Of a stretch of DNA of 64,000 bases, positions 63,077-64,000 are shown in pieces (position 1 is the stretch's first letter; each line of letters opens with the position of its first letter). The stretch lies in the NCBI GenBank assembly GCA_973895155.1, contig OZ316899.1, forward strand, positions 10,629,135-10,693,134, in the 5' to 3' direction. The notes below the pieces were generated by a model that was given only the letters and a program-made list of their open reading frames with translations, made no database searches and was not told where the DNA came from. A program made the translations under genes and the position numbers. Source of the DNA: Marsupella aquatica (Eukaryota > Plantae > Marchantiophyta).

Positions 63077-64000
63077 ACCCTCCTTAGGTCAATCGTCGGT
63101 ATCTACTCTCTCCCCGAGTGCTTCCCTAAGCAGCTGACAGTAGTTGGCCTCCCGTAGTCGTCTGCCTAGTTTGTGCTCGCAAATGAGCCACCATCTCCTA
63201 CAAGCGCTCCTTACCCCTCTCCTCTTCAGGTCCTTCCTCCCGTTGATCCTTCCTAGCCGCCGATGCTTAACGCGCCCTAACCCTAATCGAGTTTTCTCCC
63301 ACAGCGTCCTTACCTCCGGCCTCGGCCCGGGTTCCATGGTCGCCCCTAATTGTTTATATTTTCCTTGTTTTGTCCCTATACTAAGGTGTTTCTAGGGTGC
63401 CTTCCTGCTTTACCCACTTAACTGGCCGAGTGATTCCTGTCTAGGCATCACACAACTACAAATCCTTTAATATATTAGTAATAATTTATGGATAAAGTTG
63501 TGAAGCTGTGTATGTAGGGTCTCTTGCCCCGCCGGGATACACGCCAACTGGTTCTGGTAATAAGTGATGAACTTTTGGATATCACCCCTGAAGCTCATCT
63601 CCGTTACACAATTTTGAGCGTGCCGCTCTGGGTACTTAGTGGTGACATGAGCACAAAGACCCTCAACCAGGTTTTCCCAAGTTAATGGCAAGGAGGAGTC
63701 TTCCCTCGACTTCTTCCATGACTTGTGCCAAGTCAAGGCATAGTCCTTCAGGTAAGGAGCAGCTGCATAGCCCAAGTGGAACGCTCAACGCACGCTTGGA
63801 GATGAATCTCCATTGTGGAGAGCCAACTCAGGAACTTTTGTCCACTTTGTTTGTAGGCCCCGTCGTAAGTTGGAGGAGTACCACTGGTTCACTTGGAACA
63901 TACTCCGTCCAACTACCATTCCCCCCTTGGGATGCATCGCACTTTGACTACCCAAACTAAGTAAGTACTTAATCTGGGCCCCCTTGTTGTGTTCCAACTG

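Larger units (their letters stand above)
58154..63452 (-). mobile_element. Internally deleted Tat-like LTR retroelement: 4.67-kb 5' LTR, PBS, gag start, last 267 bp of the 3' LTR
   Basis: TSD CAACT (58149-58153, 63453-63457). Ends TGTGATGC/GCACCACA. 58154-58420 repeats 58779-59044. Confidence 0.85.
52430..64000 (-). mobile_element. Chromovirus-type Ty3/gypsy (degenerate), 5' end outside the window, interrupted at 58154-63452
   Basis: Gag (63467-63775, 57700-58148 with CFTCGAMGHQSKDC), PR ALVDTG, RT 55951-56976 (SPYGAP..LRLCADYRALN..PFGLCNA), RNase H 55560-56024, IN 54661-55554, chromodomain FEVEAILHHR..YLVKWGGY at 54240-54330. PPT at 53727-53740. Confidence 0.9.

Overview
Transposon-dense plant nuclear DNA, probably from a non-seed land plant (inferred from the element types and ribosomal-protein fragments). 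No intact host gene is visible. Nested structure from left to right: (1) CACTA/En-Spm copy A (<1-14381, genes on - strand) inserted in the RT region of a minus-strand Ty3/gypsy; (2) that gypsy remnant, a divergent pair of degraded accessory genes and an LTR end (14382-23818); (3) a plus-strand Ty3/gypsy (23819-~52430) split by a complete 23-kb CACTA copy B (25272-48355; 18-bp TIRs, GAA TSD), which is itself split by a very young Bianca-type Ty1/copia (34386-40125; TTAAA TSD); (4) a minus-strand chromovirus (~52430->64000) split by a 5.3-kb LTR-element remnant (58154-63452; CAACT TSD) whose 4.7-kb LTR contains an intact 1126-aa ORF. Main candidate novel system: both CACTA copies carry the same ordered cassette upstream of the transposase, namely a Cys-rich orphan, an EDM2-type PHD histone-reader, a tandem Pol-lambda-like BRCT protein and an F-box-like protein. 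The three recognisable members are isolated interaction domains without catalytic parts, and the cassette appears to be expressed by alternative splicing/polyadenylation from one transcription unit. All domain calls are by-eye motif recognition and need HMM/BLAST confirmation.
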